DNA of 64,000 nt from a bacterium (GCA_965221165.1 CBDCRP010000003.1:1344001-1408000), one strand, 5' to 3'. Positions 31,612 to 41,246 are shown, numbered from the stretch's first letter. Program-made: numbers and translations. The notes: generated by a model from the sequence alone, not told the origin.

Positions 31612-31736
31612 CGTCATTCCGCAATGCGGAAACGCGGAATCCAGGGAATTTCGCATTTGTCTTATCTTATAACGTCGCCGCCTTCATGGGCGCCGGCCAA
31701 CCTTGCGGTCGCCACCGGCATGCGCCGGAATGAGGG
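31612..31736. repeat. Inverted pair of CGTC-type REP elements
   Basis: cgtcattccgc...gcggaatccagg and ccggcatgcgccggaatgaggg. Confidence 0.6.
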
Positions 31737-31783
31737 GTGCGGGGCCAAGATGAGGTGAGGAACATCAAGGCTGGGGAAGTCCC

Positions 31784-31843
31784 GAAAATATCGAAAAATA
31801 GGTGAAAATATCTGAAAATAAATGAAAATTTAACTTGTTGATA
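31784..31843. promoter_or_regulatory. Five phased GAAAAT(A) tracts followed by an IHF consensus site
   Basis: Tracts begin at 31784, 31793, 31804, 31814 and 31824. 31831-31843 reads TATCAACAAGTTA on the minus strand, matching WATCAANNNNTTR. Confidence 0.6.
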
Positions 31844-31902
31844 TATATATGGTTATACGAGAATTTCCCCTCTGGAGGCATATAGGGGGGGTGCCCGGCG
31901 CT

Positions 31903-32505
31903 TCAGGCCCCCTTCTCCCAATAGAGCCACAGGCCGTGCTTCGCCGCGATGCGGGCGGAGGCAAGTCCTGAGTTTTCAGCGATTCCGCGCACATCGGCGC
32001 GCGAGAGGCGCTTTTTGCCGAGGCGGTTGTTCAGATCGCGCGCCTCGGGCAGCAGCGATTCGATGAGTGCATCCGACGCCCCTGCGCCGAAGCCGCCGCC
32101 GTGCGCGCCCATCCCGCCGGGCCTTAAAATCCGGTCCATCTCGGCGACGATCTCCTCCTGCCCCTCCCAGAAGAAGAGCCCGCCACGAAAGACGACCAGG
32201 TCGAACGAGGCCGCCTCGAACGGCAGGCGGTACTTATCGAGCGGCGCCACGCGAACGCGCGAGGCCATGCCCGCCTCCGCTATCGTCTCGGCCAGGTAAT
32301 CATTCAGGGTCTCGGAATCATCCCCGCATGTGAAGCGCATCTCGGGGCAGCGTGCAGCCAGGGCGAGCGCCACACCGGGGCCGTAGGGTCCGATTTCCAG
32401 CACGTCGCCCGAGTCGCGCCCGTATTCGGCATGAATTTCTTCGGCCGCATAGGGGTAAAAGGGCTCAAAATGGGCGTTTACGGCGCGTATCAACTCAAAA
32501 TCCAT
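31903..32505 (-). CDS. Class I SAM-dependent methyltransferase
   Basis: VLEIGPYGPG, LPFEAASFDLVVFRG, RILRPGG. Confidence 0.9.
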   Translation of the reverse strand: MDFELIRAVNAHFEPFYPYAAEEIHAEYGRDSGDVLEIGPYGPGVALALAARCPEMRFTCGDDSETLNDYLAETIAEAGMASRVRVAPLDKYRLPFEAASFDLVVFRGGLFFWEGQEEIVAEMDRILRPGGMGAHGGGFGAGASDALIESLLPEARDLNNRLGKKRLSRADVRGIAENSGLASARIAAKHGLWLYWEKGA

Positions 32506-32689
32506 TTCGCGAAATCCTCTTCTAAAAAATGCGCCGCACGAATCGGCGGCACGAAAGCGAATGATATACCAACCCCGACGCGTTTATGAAACCGGGAGCC
32601 GAGGACGCAAACTCTCATTTTCAAAACGACCCATCTGCGATATTCTGCGGCTCAATCAGAAAGAAGCCATCCCGAACACAGGAGACTCC

Positions 32690-33724
32690 ATGGAAGCGGT
32701 GAGCGAAGCGGCGGATTTGTATGAAGCGATAGAGGTTTATCACGCGAACGGCTGGACGGACGGTTTGCCCGTCATTCCCCCGACGCCCGAACTCATAGAA
32801 CGCTTCCTCACGGCCTCGGGCCTGGAGGCCGATGACGTCGTCTTTCATCTGGCGGAGCGAAAAAGAACCGTTCGGGCCGGAAAAGTGGCGCTCAACGCCA
32901 TCATGGCGGGATGCCTGCCTTCCTACATGCCGCTCATCCTCGCCGCGCTCGAAGCCATGGCCGATCCGGCCTACAACATTCACTCGAGCGCCACGAGCAC
33001 GGGCGGCGCGGCGCCCTTCATGGTCGTCAACGGCCCCGTTCGCCACGAGATAGGCATGAACATGCAGGGGAACATCTACGGGCCGGGCAACCGCGCGGGC
33101 GCGACGATAGGCCGCGCCTTGAGGCTCATCATCATCAACTGCCTGGGCTCGAAGCCGGGCCTTCTGGATCGCTCCACCCAGGGGAATCCGGGCAAATACA
33201 GCTTCACCTTCGCCGAATGGGAGGAAACGAGCCCCTGGGAGGCGTTGAACGTCGAGCTTGGCTATACGGCCGAGGCGAGCACGGTGACGCTCCTCGCCGC
33301 AGAGGGTCCGCACAACATCCAGAACCACTACGGAAAAGGGCGGGGAATAGCTGAAACCGCCGCCGCCGCCATGGCGGGCCTTGGCAGCATGAGCGAAGGG
33401 CAATCCTTTTTCGTCTTCGCGCCCGAGCACGCGCACCTTTTGGCCGAGGAATTTCCCACGAAAAAAGAATTGAAAGAGTATTTCTTTGAAAACGCGACTC
33501 TTCCCCTGAACCAGCTTCTGCGCACCGGCAAGATCGACAAGCCCATCGCCGCCGATGAAAACGGCAACGTGCGCCACGCGCTCAAACCCGATGACATCTA
33601 CATCGTCGTCGCGGGTGGCGAGGCCGGCGGGCATTCCTCCTGGGTCCCCGCCTGGAGCAGGAGGCGAAACGGCGAGGTCGTCACCCGTCCGGTGCTGAGC
33701 GCGGCCCAGCGGCGAGGGTCTTAG
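32690..33724 (+). CDS. Uncharacterised conserved protein of the type that accompanies UGSC (seleno)proteins
   Basis: GWTDGLPVIPPT, NAIMAGC, ST.G, VNGP, GNRAGATIGRA, GNPGKY, VVAGG. Confidence 0.8.
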   Translation: MEAVSEAADLYEAIEVYHANGWTDGLPVIPPTPELIERFLTASGLEADDVVFHLAERKRTVRAGKVALNAIMAGCLPSYMPLILAALEAMADPAYNIHSSATSTGGAAPFMVVNGPVRHEIGMNMQGNIYGPGNRAGATIGRALRLIIINCLGSKPGLLDRSTQGNPGKYSFTFAEWEETSPWEALNVELGYTAEASTVTLLAAEGPHNIQNHYGKGRGIAETAAAAMAGLGSMSEGQSFFVFAPEHAHLLAEEFPTKKELKEYFFENATLPLNQLLRTGKIDKPIAADENGNVRHALKPDDIYIVVAGGEAGGHSSWVPAWSRRRNGEVVTRPVLSAAQRRGS

Positions 33725-33869
33725 GGCACAGGCGTTTGACGTATATGTGGAGTCTTTATCCGGACTATCTTATAGTTGAAAAAAGAGGCGCTCGAATAGG
33801 ATATCGGTTGATGGAATACACGACGAGAAATCATCTTGGCGGTGATGCACATACAGGAGGAAGCGTTCG

Positions 33870-34415
33870 ATGAACCCTATGGTAGATACAGCGATAGCGA
33901 TTTACGATCCTACCGTGGAGCCTGAAATCGAAACCGAAGAACGCCCGAACCGTGACGGCGCTCTATCGGGCAAGCGCATCGGTTTGCTCTGGAACTCCAA
34001 GGTGGGCGCGGATAAGCTCATGCGCTACATATTGGACGAATTGAAGGAGGACGGCGCGGACCCGGACCTCGCCGTCGAACTGTCCAAAGAATACGACACC
34101 CGCCCGGCGAAGCCGGAAGTCTATGCGGAAATGGCCCAGAAATGCGACCTCGCCATCACCGCGGTGGGCGACTGAGGCTCCTGCTCTTCGTGCAGTGTGC
34201 ACGATGGAATCGAGTTGGAGAAAAAAGGCGTCCCCACGGCCGTCATCTGCACCGAGCCCTTCCGGCCCACGGTCGAGATGGTCTCCAAGGTTCGCGGCAT
34301 ACCGGACTACCCGGTGGCTTATATCCCCCATCCCGTAGGCAGTCTCACGGATGAGCAACTCCGGGGGCGCGCGAAGGAGATCGCTCCAACGATCAGAGCG
34401 CTTCTCACCGGCTGA
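33870..34415 (+). CDS. UGSC-family selenoprotein (TGA 34173-34175 read as Sec102)
   Basis: ORFs 33870..34175 and 34197..34415 share a frame; read-through gives AVGD-U-GSCSSCSVHDGIELEKKGVPT. AGGAGG RBS. Confidence 0.9.
34188..34204 (+). promoter_or_regulatory. SECIS-like hairpin
   Basis: TCGTGCA-GTG-TGCACGA perfect stem; the loop G lies 20 nt after the UGA. Confidence 0.75.
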
Positions 34416-34436
34416 GCCACGCCCGAAAGTAGCACG

Positions 34437-35318
34437 TTACATCGCTTTTAAGGCGATGATCGCCCCTCCCGCGACGACGCAGACCGTACCCAGCAATATA
34501 GGGAGCGTGATTCGCTCCATGTCGCGCAGGAATATCCACGAGAACAAGAGCGCAAAGAACGGCGCAGTGGACGAAAGCGGTGATACGACCGAAATATCCC
34601 CATACTTCAATGCGGCGAAATGACTTAAAAACGCCAGGGTGTTGATGAGCCCGCAGGGGCCATAGAAATGCCAGGCCTTTCCCCATTTGAGTGACGGTTG
34701 CTGGGGTTTGGGCAGGAACCAGAAGAGCGCGATCAGCGCCAGGAGTCCGAAAACGCTGGTGAGCGTGATGCCGAGCAGCGCGGAGGGAACCACCTCGATA
34801 CCGATTTTTCTGAAAATATTCGACGTGGAAAACCCCAATACGGCCATCAGGGGCAGCCAGATGTCGCGCCTGTTCCAGGGAACGTCGCTTTCGCGCTGAT
34901 AGGTGATCCCCACACAACCTAAAACGACCATGAAAATCCCCGCCCACACATAAGGCCCCGGTCGCTCACCAAGAAAGATATAGGCGAAACCGGCAGAGAA
35001 AAGCGGATTGGCCGCCAGAAGGGGAACCGCACGCGAAACGCCCAGTCGATGTATCGCCCGGAACATGAACACGCGGCCGAGCGAGGGCCCCGTTATGCCC
35101 GACAAGAAGAACCAGAACCAAGCCTCCGAACTCCAATATGCGGGCTCCCAGGTGAGGATGGTCAGAGCCACCAGCCAGGGGATGTTCACAATCAGGCCGA
35201 TGACAACACCCGTGATGGCCGTGCCATGCTGCTGCCCGCGTCTGGCGATGAGGCTGAAGGCCGAGGACATCGATGCGGTGCCCAGGGCGAAACCCGCCGC
35301 CAGCAGCGTATTAGTCAT
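34437..35318 (-). CDS. DMT/EamA family transporter
   Basis: Ten hydrophobic segments; GVSRAVP, FLGER, GDISVVSP. Confidence 0.9.
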   Translation of the reverse strand: MTNTLLAAGFALGTASMSSAFSLIARRGQQHGTAITGVVIGLIVNIPWLVALTILTWEPAYWSSEAWFWFFLSGITGPSLGRVFMFRAIHRLGVSRAVPLLAANPLFSAGFAYIFLGERPGPYVWAGIFMVVLGCVGITYQRESDVPWNRRDIWLPLMAVLGFSTSNIFRKIGIEVVPSALLGITLTSVFGLLALIALFWFLPKPQQPSLKWGKAWHFYGPCGLINTLAFLSHFAALKYGDISVVSPLSSTAPFFALLFSWIFLRDMERITLPILLGTVCVVAGGAIIALKAM

Positions 35319-35622
35319 GGCGCTTCTCCCAGCCTGAAACACGAAAAAAATCTACGAAACTAAAAACGGCGCAAGGTTGATGTCTTATCAGAGGAGCGGG
35401 GTCAAAGCCATGTCGAGACGGGCATTTGAAGACGCAGGATGAGACCCATCTTCGGGGACGATGAAACGGCTTCGGGCAATGGAACCCGCAGAGAGGGCCT
35501 GCATTCTGGTTTGCCAATTCTTAGGGCGAACGCTTATCGCCGTAATTTCCTCGATTAATGCCCCTTCTCCGTTTCATGACCGTGGCGCGAAAAGCATAAA
35601 AGACAAACGCGCCCGCAAGTCC

Positions 35623-37074
35623 TCAGCCCCCGGTTATCGGCTGCGCGATAATCCACAAGCTCACTATGGTGTAGCCCACCATGAGAAGGAGCATCGGATA
35701 CTGGCTGCGCACGGCGGCGAAGCGATTCCCGAGTGCGCGCAGCGCCGTCACATGCGCCAGATAAACGGCGCATATATGGCCGATGACGATCGCGGCGATT
35801 GAAGCATACCAGGTCGTCCTGGCCCCGATGACCCCGATGTCGATCTTATACGCGGCGGTCCCCCACAGGTTCCAACCCATCCCGAGCGGGTCGGACAATA
35901 GGGGGATGATGCGTTGTCCCTGAATGAAGAGAAAGGAGAAATAGTGCGCCACGTGATACCCAATCGCAATGGGCACCAAAGAGAACACGAACAAGCGCGC
36001 GAATTCCCCCGTGGAGAGCGCACTCCCGCTCATGGTGCGCATCATCATGCAGAACAGGTAATACACGCCCAGGAACAGCCCCGGAACCGCGATGAGCGCG
36101 ATGGTATCCGCCACGAGCAGCGCATCACGCCCCACCCAGACGACCAGATTGTATATTCCCGCCCGGATGAAGTGCCAAAGCGGCGTTTCCGTAAAACCAT
36201 CGAAACTCACCGTCGCCAGCATCAACACCACCAGAAGCACCATGGAGCCGCTCATGCCGTCTGTTTTCAGAAGACCCGCCGCCGGTGGCCTCAGGCGCCA
36301 CTCTCTTCTCCCCTCCTCGCGCGTGCGCACCTCGGTGACGGAAAACCGGCTCATCACGCCGAATATGATGGAAAACGCCTCCCCGCGCCGGAGCCACACC
36401 TCTTTGCCATAGACGAACATGCCCGCCCAGGTGATGATGGAATACCCCAGGGCGGCGAGCGAGAGATTGCGGGGAATGTCATTGTATGGCCAGACGATCT
36501 CCGCCCAGGCGAACCACAAGAACAAACACAGGGCGGGCCACACGCCCAGGCGCCCGGAGCATGGTTGCTCGAGCGATAAGGAGTCGCCCCGTCCCATTTT
36601 CCGGTACAGCGCCTCCGCCCAGGAAAAGATGATCTCCCAAGGGTTCACCAGCGACCACAGATTCCCCATCAGCGCACACACATAGGCCAGCCCCACCCAC
36701 CAGATGATCCAGACCATGGTGGGCGCGATGTTTTTTTCCGGCTCATCGGTTCCCCAAAAACCCGCCGCCAGCGTCACGCAAAACAAAACGACGGAAAGCC
36801 CTCTTATCAGCGACAGGAAAACCGCACCGCCCATCCACCCGAAAAGGGGGGAATCGAGCAGGTTGTAGCCCGGATAATCCGCACTCCCCCGTTTGTCGCG
36901 CACGAAAAACCCCATCCCCAGAAACGAAAGAACCACGGATGCGCCTGCGCCTAGCATGAACAGGCCCAGCGGGACAGGCAGGTCATATCTCTGGCCGAAC
37001 CCATGGGCCGATGCGGAGGACGGGAGAAAAGCGACGGCGGCAGCGAGCGCAAGCCCCCGGATGTGAAAGTTCAT
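35623..37074 (-). CDS. Polytopic membrane protein of the uncharacterised family often labelled 'fenitrothion hydrolase/FedB-like'
   Basis: Signal peptide ending ASA|HGFGQRYDLPVP; NIAPT, NPW, FDG, SLVPIAIGYHVAHY, SDPLG.GW, GH, SQYP. Confidence 0.8.
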   Translation of the reverse strand: MNFHIRGLALAAAVAFLPSSASAHGFGQRYDLPVPLGLFMLGAGASVVLSFLGMGFFVRDKRGSADYPGYNLLDSPLFGWMGGAVFLSLIRGLSVVLFCVTLAAGFWGTDEPEKNIAPTMVWIIWWVGLAYVCALMGNLWSLVNPWEIIFSWAEALYRKMGRGDSLSLEQPCSGRLGVWPALCLFLWFAWAEIVWPYNDIPRNLSLAALGYSIITWAGMFVYGKEVWLRRGEAFSIIFGVMSRFSVTEVRTREEGRREWRLRPPAAGLLKTDGMSGSMVLLVVLMLATVSFDGFTETPLWHFIRAGIYNLVVWVGRDALLVADTIALIAVPGLFLGVYYLFCMMMRTMSGSALSTGEFARLFVFSLVPIAIGYHVAHYFSFLFIQGQRIIPLLSDPLGMGWNLWGTAAYKIDIGVIGARTTWYASIAAIVIGHICAVYLAHVTALRALGNRFAAVRSQYPMLLLMVGYTIVSLWIIAQPITGG

Positions 37075-37087
37075 GAAATCACCCTCG

Positions 37088-37495
37088 TCATGGATGCACC
37101 TCCAGGTAGAACAACACCTTTTCGCCATGGCCACCGCTTTTTCTTTTTTTGCGTCCATGGGAGTGAGAGCCGTGCACCGTTACGGGGAACCGACCCGCAA
37201 CCCCGGCCTGAAACTCCATCACGGCCACCCGGCCCGGTGAAACGGTTTTTTCGATATCATAGCCGTGAAGATGGATTTCGGTGGTTTGATCGGCCGTCAG
37301 GTTGAGCTTCACCTTGTCGCCTTGTTTTAGGCGAACCACATTTTTGTCCCTTTTGAGCTTCCCACCGGCGATATGGAGCGTAATGCCGCTCATCTCCCCG
37401 TGGTGCGCGCCATCTTTATTCGCACTCTGGACGGGAACCGCCTGAAAAAGAGCAATCAGCGCAAAAACACAAAAAACCTTGAAAATGAATTTCAT
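37088..37495 (-). CDS. Exported His-rich cupredoxin-like small protein
   Basis: Signal peptide; GDKV.L, EIHLHGYD, GRFPV..HGSHSHG, LEVHP; GGAGGAG RBS. Confidence 0.8.
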   Translation of the reverse strand: MKFIFKVFCVFALIALFQAVPVQSANKDGAHHGEMSGITLHIAGGKLKRDKNVVRLKQGDKVKLNLTADQTTEIHLHGYDIEKTVSPGRVAVMEFQAGVAGRFPVTVHGSHSHGRKKRKSGGHGEKVLFYLEVHP

Positions 37496-37570
37496 ATCCA
37501 CTCCTCCCCGAAGCAATCCTGGCAAGGGCGCATCTTCTTTGCCTGCTGCGAAAAATGATGGGTGAACGAA

Positions 37571-37963
37571 CTAGAGGAGAATCGCAGGCGGGGCGCGTGG
37601 GGAGAGGCTGGAAAACAAAGAGTCGCGTATGAGTAAAACATCCTGAAAAGACCGGGGGTCAGCTTCGTTCGCTACATGGATGAAGACCAGGCCATCCGCC
37701 TCGCAGCCTTGCGTCCAACCTCCCGCCGCAGCCAGTGCGCAGGCGCCCTGCTCCTGCCGGGGGTCTTCTGGGTGATTTTCGTGAGGATCCCCCTCGTGAT
37801 GTTCATACTCGTGACGTTCATCCACCGAACCCTTCAGGAGGGCCTGAATCTCCTGGCCCAGGTGATGCGTCCGATGGGGGCCGGACGCGGCCAGAACGGC
37901 GAGAAAACTTAAACCCAGCCCTATCGATATGAATCTTCGTGAAACACCCATGTGGACACTCAA
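37571..37963 (-). CDS. His-rich DUF2946-like leader protein with C-terminal RAPP motif (alternative start ATG 37951)
   Basis: Hydrophobic N-terminus; HRTHH, HEYEHHEGDPHENH, CAL, SPRAPP. Confidence 0.75.
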   Translation of the reverse strand: MSVHMGVSRRFISIGLGLSFLAVLAASGPHRTHHLGQEIQALLKGSVDERHEYEHHEGDPHENHPEDPRQEQGACALAAAGGWTQGCEADGLVFIHVANEADPRSFQDVLLIRDSLFSSLSPRAPPAILL

Positions 37964-38033
37964 GGGTTGGCGGCGTAACGGAAAAAACCTGAAACCGGCT
38001 GCACTATAGCAGAACAGATCGGACCCCGCTTTG

Positions 38034-38913
38034 TCAGAGCGCGCGGCCGGCCACCAAGGCCCCGCCTATGACCACCGCCACCGTGCCTAGGAGAATCGGC
38101 CAGGTGATTCGCTCTATTTTCCGCAAAAATATGGCCGTGAGCAGCAGCGCCCACAAGGGCGCGGTGGCGGAGAGCGGAATGACGATGGTGAGGTCGCCGT
38201 AGCGGAGGCCATAGAGGTGCAATAGAACCGAAAGAGCGTTCAGCGAGCCGCCGATGCTGTACGCCACCCAGGCTTTTTTCACCATCAGGGAGGGCCTTAA
38301 GCCAGGAGGCAGATATTGCCCGAAAACATACAGGGATATCCCGCCCGAGACGCTCATGATCGATATGCCCAGAAACGGGTTGGGCGCCGGGCCGACGCCC
38401 AGCTTGCGCAGCATGTGCGAGACGGAGAAAAACCACGCTCCCGAGGGCGACGAGGAGGTATTCTTTCCGGATGGGCTGACTCTCTCCCCTTTTCGAGGTG
38501 ATTCCCACACACCCCAAAACGATGAGCACCGTACCGGCCAGGATGTACGGCCCCGGTCTTTCGCCCAGAATGAGGATGCCGATTATCGCCGAGAAAAGCG
38601 GCATGGTGGAATTGAGCGGCACCGCGCGCGCCACGCCTATCAGATGAATGGAATGGAAGAAACACACCCTTCCCACGGCGGGGCCCATAATTCCGGCCAG
38701 CGCGAAAAAAAGCCAGGCCATCGGCTGGTAGTGGGCGGGTTCCCACGTCCAGATCGCACCGGCGAGCAGCGGCGGAAACGATACGATAATCCCGATGAGA
38801 ACGCCCGATACCGCGTTCGCGTGACGCTGCCCGCTTCTCACAAACAGGGTGAAGGAGCCGACCACGACGGCGGTGGACAGCGAGAAGAGAACCGAGAGGG
38901 TGGTGATGGTCAT
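38034..38913 (-). pseudogene. DMT/EamA transporter with a frameshift near 38430
   Basis: The N-half lies in ORF 37960..38913 and the C-half in ORF 38034..38510. Both align with the paralogue at 34437; the frame switches at a 5-nt homopolymer (38428-38432). Confidence 0.85.
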
Positions 38914-39130
38914 TCAGAATTCGCCTTTGCACCAAAAAGCTAAAATCGCGAGGGTATCAGATACGTCTTTCAAAATCTCTTATGCGAGGCCACTGAAGAG
39001 TCCCCCGAAAAGAATATGTGGAATTTCCCGGGATGAGCGCATCGTTCCGCCTCTGAGAAAAGGGAGGACGTATGCGAGCCGGCCCTTAGGCTCTGATAAA
39101 TTCAGAAAATTTTTGCCGCAAGGAGAAAAT

Positions 39131-41170
39131 CTACACCCCCGCCATCTCACAGGGGGCGTAGTGTAAGAAGCGCATGGTGTAGGTGGCGCGGCCTTGGGTG
39201 GCGGAACGAAGGGCGGTGGCGTAACCGAACACCTTAGCGAGAGGCACGGCGGCCCGGACGACGCTCACCTGAGACGCGCCGCCACGTTCCTCCACGCCGG
39301 ACACCTTTCCGTCGCGCGCGTTGATGTCGCCGATGATCCCGCCCAGAAATTCGCCGGGCGTGGTGACCTCCATCGACATGATGGGTTCTAAAAGCTGCCC
39401 GCCCGCTGCGCGGCAGGCTTCCGTGAAGGCGTTCGCCGCCGCGATGGAAAAGGCGGCCTCCGTGGCGCGATCGGCGTCGTAGTTCGCCGCAAGCAGGGTA
39501 ACGCGGACATCGGTCATCTCATAGCCCGCCATGGCGCCGCTCGACGTGGACGCTTTGAGTGATCCCAGCGCAGCGGCGATTAAATTCTCAGGAATTGCGG
39601 GGTCATCCACCACGCTCTCGCACGAGACGCCGGCGCCGGGGCGAGGCGCCACGCCCACCCGCACCCGCGCGAACTGGGGCTCACCAGCCAACTCCCTGTC
39701 GAAGGTAAACTCCGCGTCCGCTCCTTTCGCGAGCGTTTCCCGGTAGACCACGCGAGGCGTACCCACCCGCACGCTCACGCCGAAATCCTCATCTATCCGG
39801 CGCGTGAGCACCTCCAAGTGGAGTTCGCCCATGCCGCTCATCACCGTCTGGCCGGATTCGGAATCCACCCGCACCTGAAACGTGGGGTCCTCCGCCTGGA
39901 GTTTCGCCAAGGTCTCGTTCAGCTTCTTGGTTCCCGTGGCGTCCCTCGGCTCAATCGCTACCGAGATGACGGGCTGGGGCGCGAGAATCGACTCGAAGGC
40001 TATCGGCTCTTTCGCGTCACAAAGGGTGTCGCCCGTACCGGCTTCCTTCAAGCCGGCCGCCGCGACGATATCGCCCGGCCCCACGTCGTTCAGTCGCTCG
40101 CGCTTGTGGGAATACATCCTGAACAGCCGGGCGAAGCGCTCGCTGCCTCCTCGCGCGGGGTTCCACAGGCTGTCGCCCACCTCCGCCGCGCCGCTATACA
40201 CCCTGAGATACGTGAGCCGCCTGCCCCCGTCGATTTGCACCTTGAAGACCAAAGCGGAAAAAGGCGCATCCTCAGCGGGCGGACGCGTAATGGGTTCTTC
40301 CTCTCCGGGAGGGAAACCGCTCGCGGGCGGCGCATCCACCGGAGACGGCAGATAATCCACCACGGCGTCCAGCAGGGACTGCACCCCTTTGTTCTTCAGG
40401 GATGAGCCGCAAAAAACAGGCACGAGTTCGCCTGCGAGCACGACGCGCCTCAAGGCCGCCTTGAGCGCTTGCGCGTCGATGGCGCTACCTTCCAGATACG
40501 CCTCCATCAAGGAGTCATCATAATCCGCCACCGCTTCGATGAGGGTTTCTCTCAACTCCGCCGCTTTTTCCTTTAGCGCTTCAGCGGGTTCGGACCGATG
40601 GGGTTCTCCCCCGTCCCAGGTGAGAAAATCGCCGCTCAACACCTCCACCTGGCCCGTGTACCCCTCGCCCTCCCCGTCTGGCCAGTGCATGAGCACGGGC
40701 TTGGCCCCCAATTTTTTGGTCATCATTCCTACGGTTCTCTCGAAATCGGCGCCCAGGCGATCCAGCTTGTTGATGAAGGCGAGACGCGGAACGCCGAATT
40801 TATCCGCCTGACGCCAGACCGTCTCGCTCTGGGGCTCGACGCCTTCCACCGCGCTGAATATGGCTACGGCGCCATCGAGTACGCGCAAACTCCTCTCCAC
40901 CTCGATCGTAAAATCCACGTGGCCGGGGGTGTCGATGATGGTGATCTCATGATCCGCCCAGGCCGTGGTGATGGCGGCGGAGGTGATGGTGATGCCACGC
41001 TCGCGCTCCTGACTCATCCAGTCCATGGTGGCCGAACCCTCGTCCACCTCGCCGATCCGGTGCACGGCTCCCGAGTAGAACAACATGCGCTCGGTGGTCG
41101 TCGTCTTTCCGGCGTCGATGTGAGAGATGATGCCGATGTTTCTTCTCATCTCGAGCGCTGGGCGCTTCAT
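39131..41170 (-). CDS. fusA: Elongation factor G paralogue (outside the str operon)
   Basis: HIDAGKTT, RGITI, DTPGH, NKLD, GMGELHL, LLEPIM, LRSATQG. Confidence 0.93.
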   Translation of the reverse strand: MKRPALEMRRNIGIISHIDAGKTTTTERMLFYSGAVHRIGEVDEGSATMDWMSQERERGITITSAAITTAWADHEITIIDTPGHVDFTIEVERSLRVLDGAVAIFSAVEGVEPQSETVWRQADKFGVPRLAFINKLDRLGADFERTVGMMTKKLGAKPVLMHWPDGEGEGYTGQVEVLSGDFLTWDGGEPHRSEPAEALKEKAAELRETLIEAVADYDDSLMEAYLEGSAIDAQALKAALRRVVLAGELVPVFCGSSLKNKGVQSLLDAVVDYLPSPVDAPPASGFPPGEEEPITRPPAEDAPFSALVFKVQIDGGRRLTYLRVYSGAAEVGDSLWNPARGGSERFARLFRMYSHKRERLNDVGPGDIVAAAGLKEAGTGDTLCDAKEPIAFESILAPQPVISVAIEPRDATGTKKLNETLAKLQAEDPTFQVRVDSESGQTVMSGMGELHLEVLTRRIDEDFGVSVRVGTPRVVYRETLAKGADAEFTFDRELAGEPQFARVRVGVAPRPGAGVSCESVVDDPAIPENLIAAALGSLKASTSSGAMAGYEMTDVRVTLLAANYDADRATEAAFSIAAANAFTEACRAAGGQLLEPIMSMEVTTPGEFLGGIIGDINARDGKVSGVEERGGASQVSVVRAAVPLAKVFGYATALRSATQGRATYTMRFLHYAPCEMAGV

Positions 41171-41246
41171 CGGGAAAACCCTCTTTTTGGGAAAAAAACC
41201 AGGCGCAGATTACCTTGGGAGGGAGAAGATGGGAAAGCCCGAGGCG

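Noticed and set aside
31681-31736. Long hairpin with a GCAA loop on the minus strand, as a possible ncRNA
   Set aside because: One arm is a CGTC-type REP fragment, and no RNA family motif was recognised.
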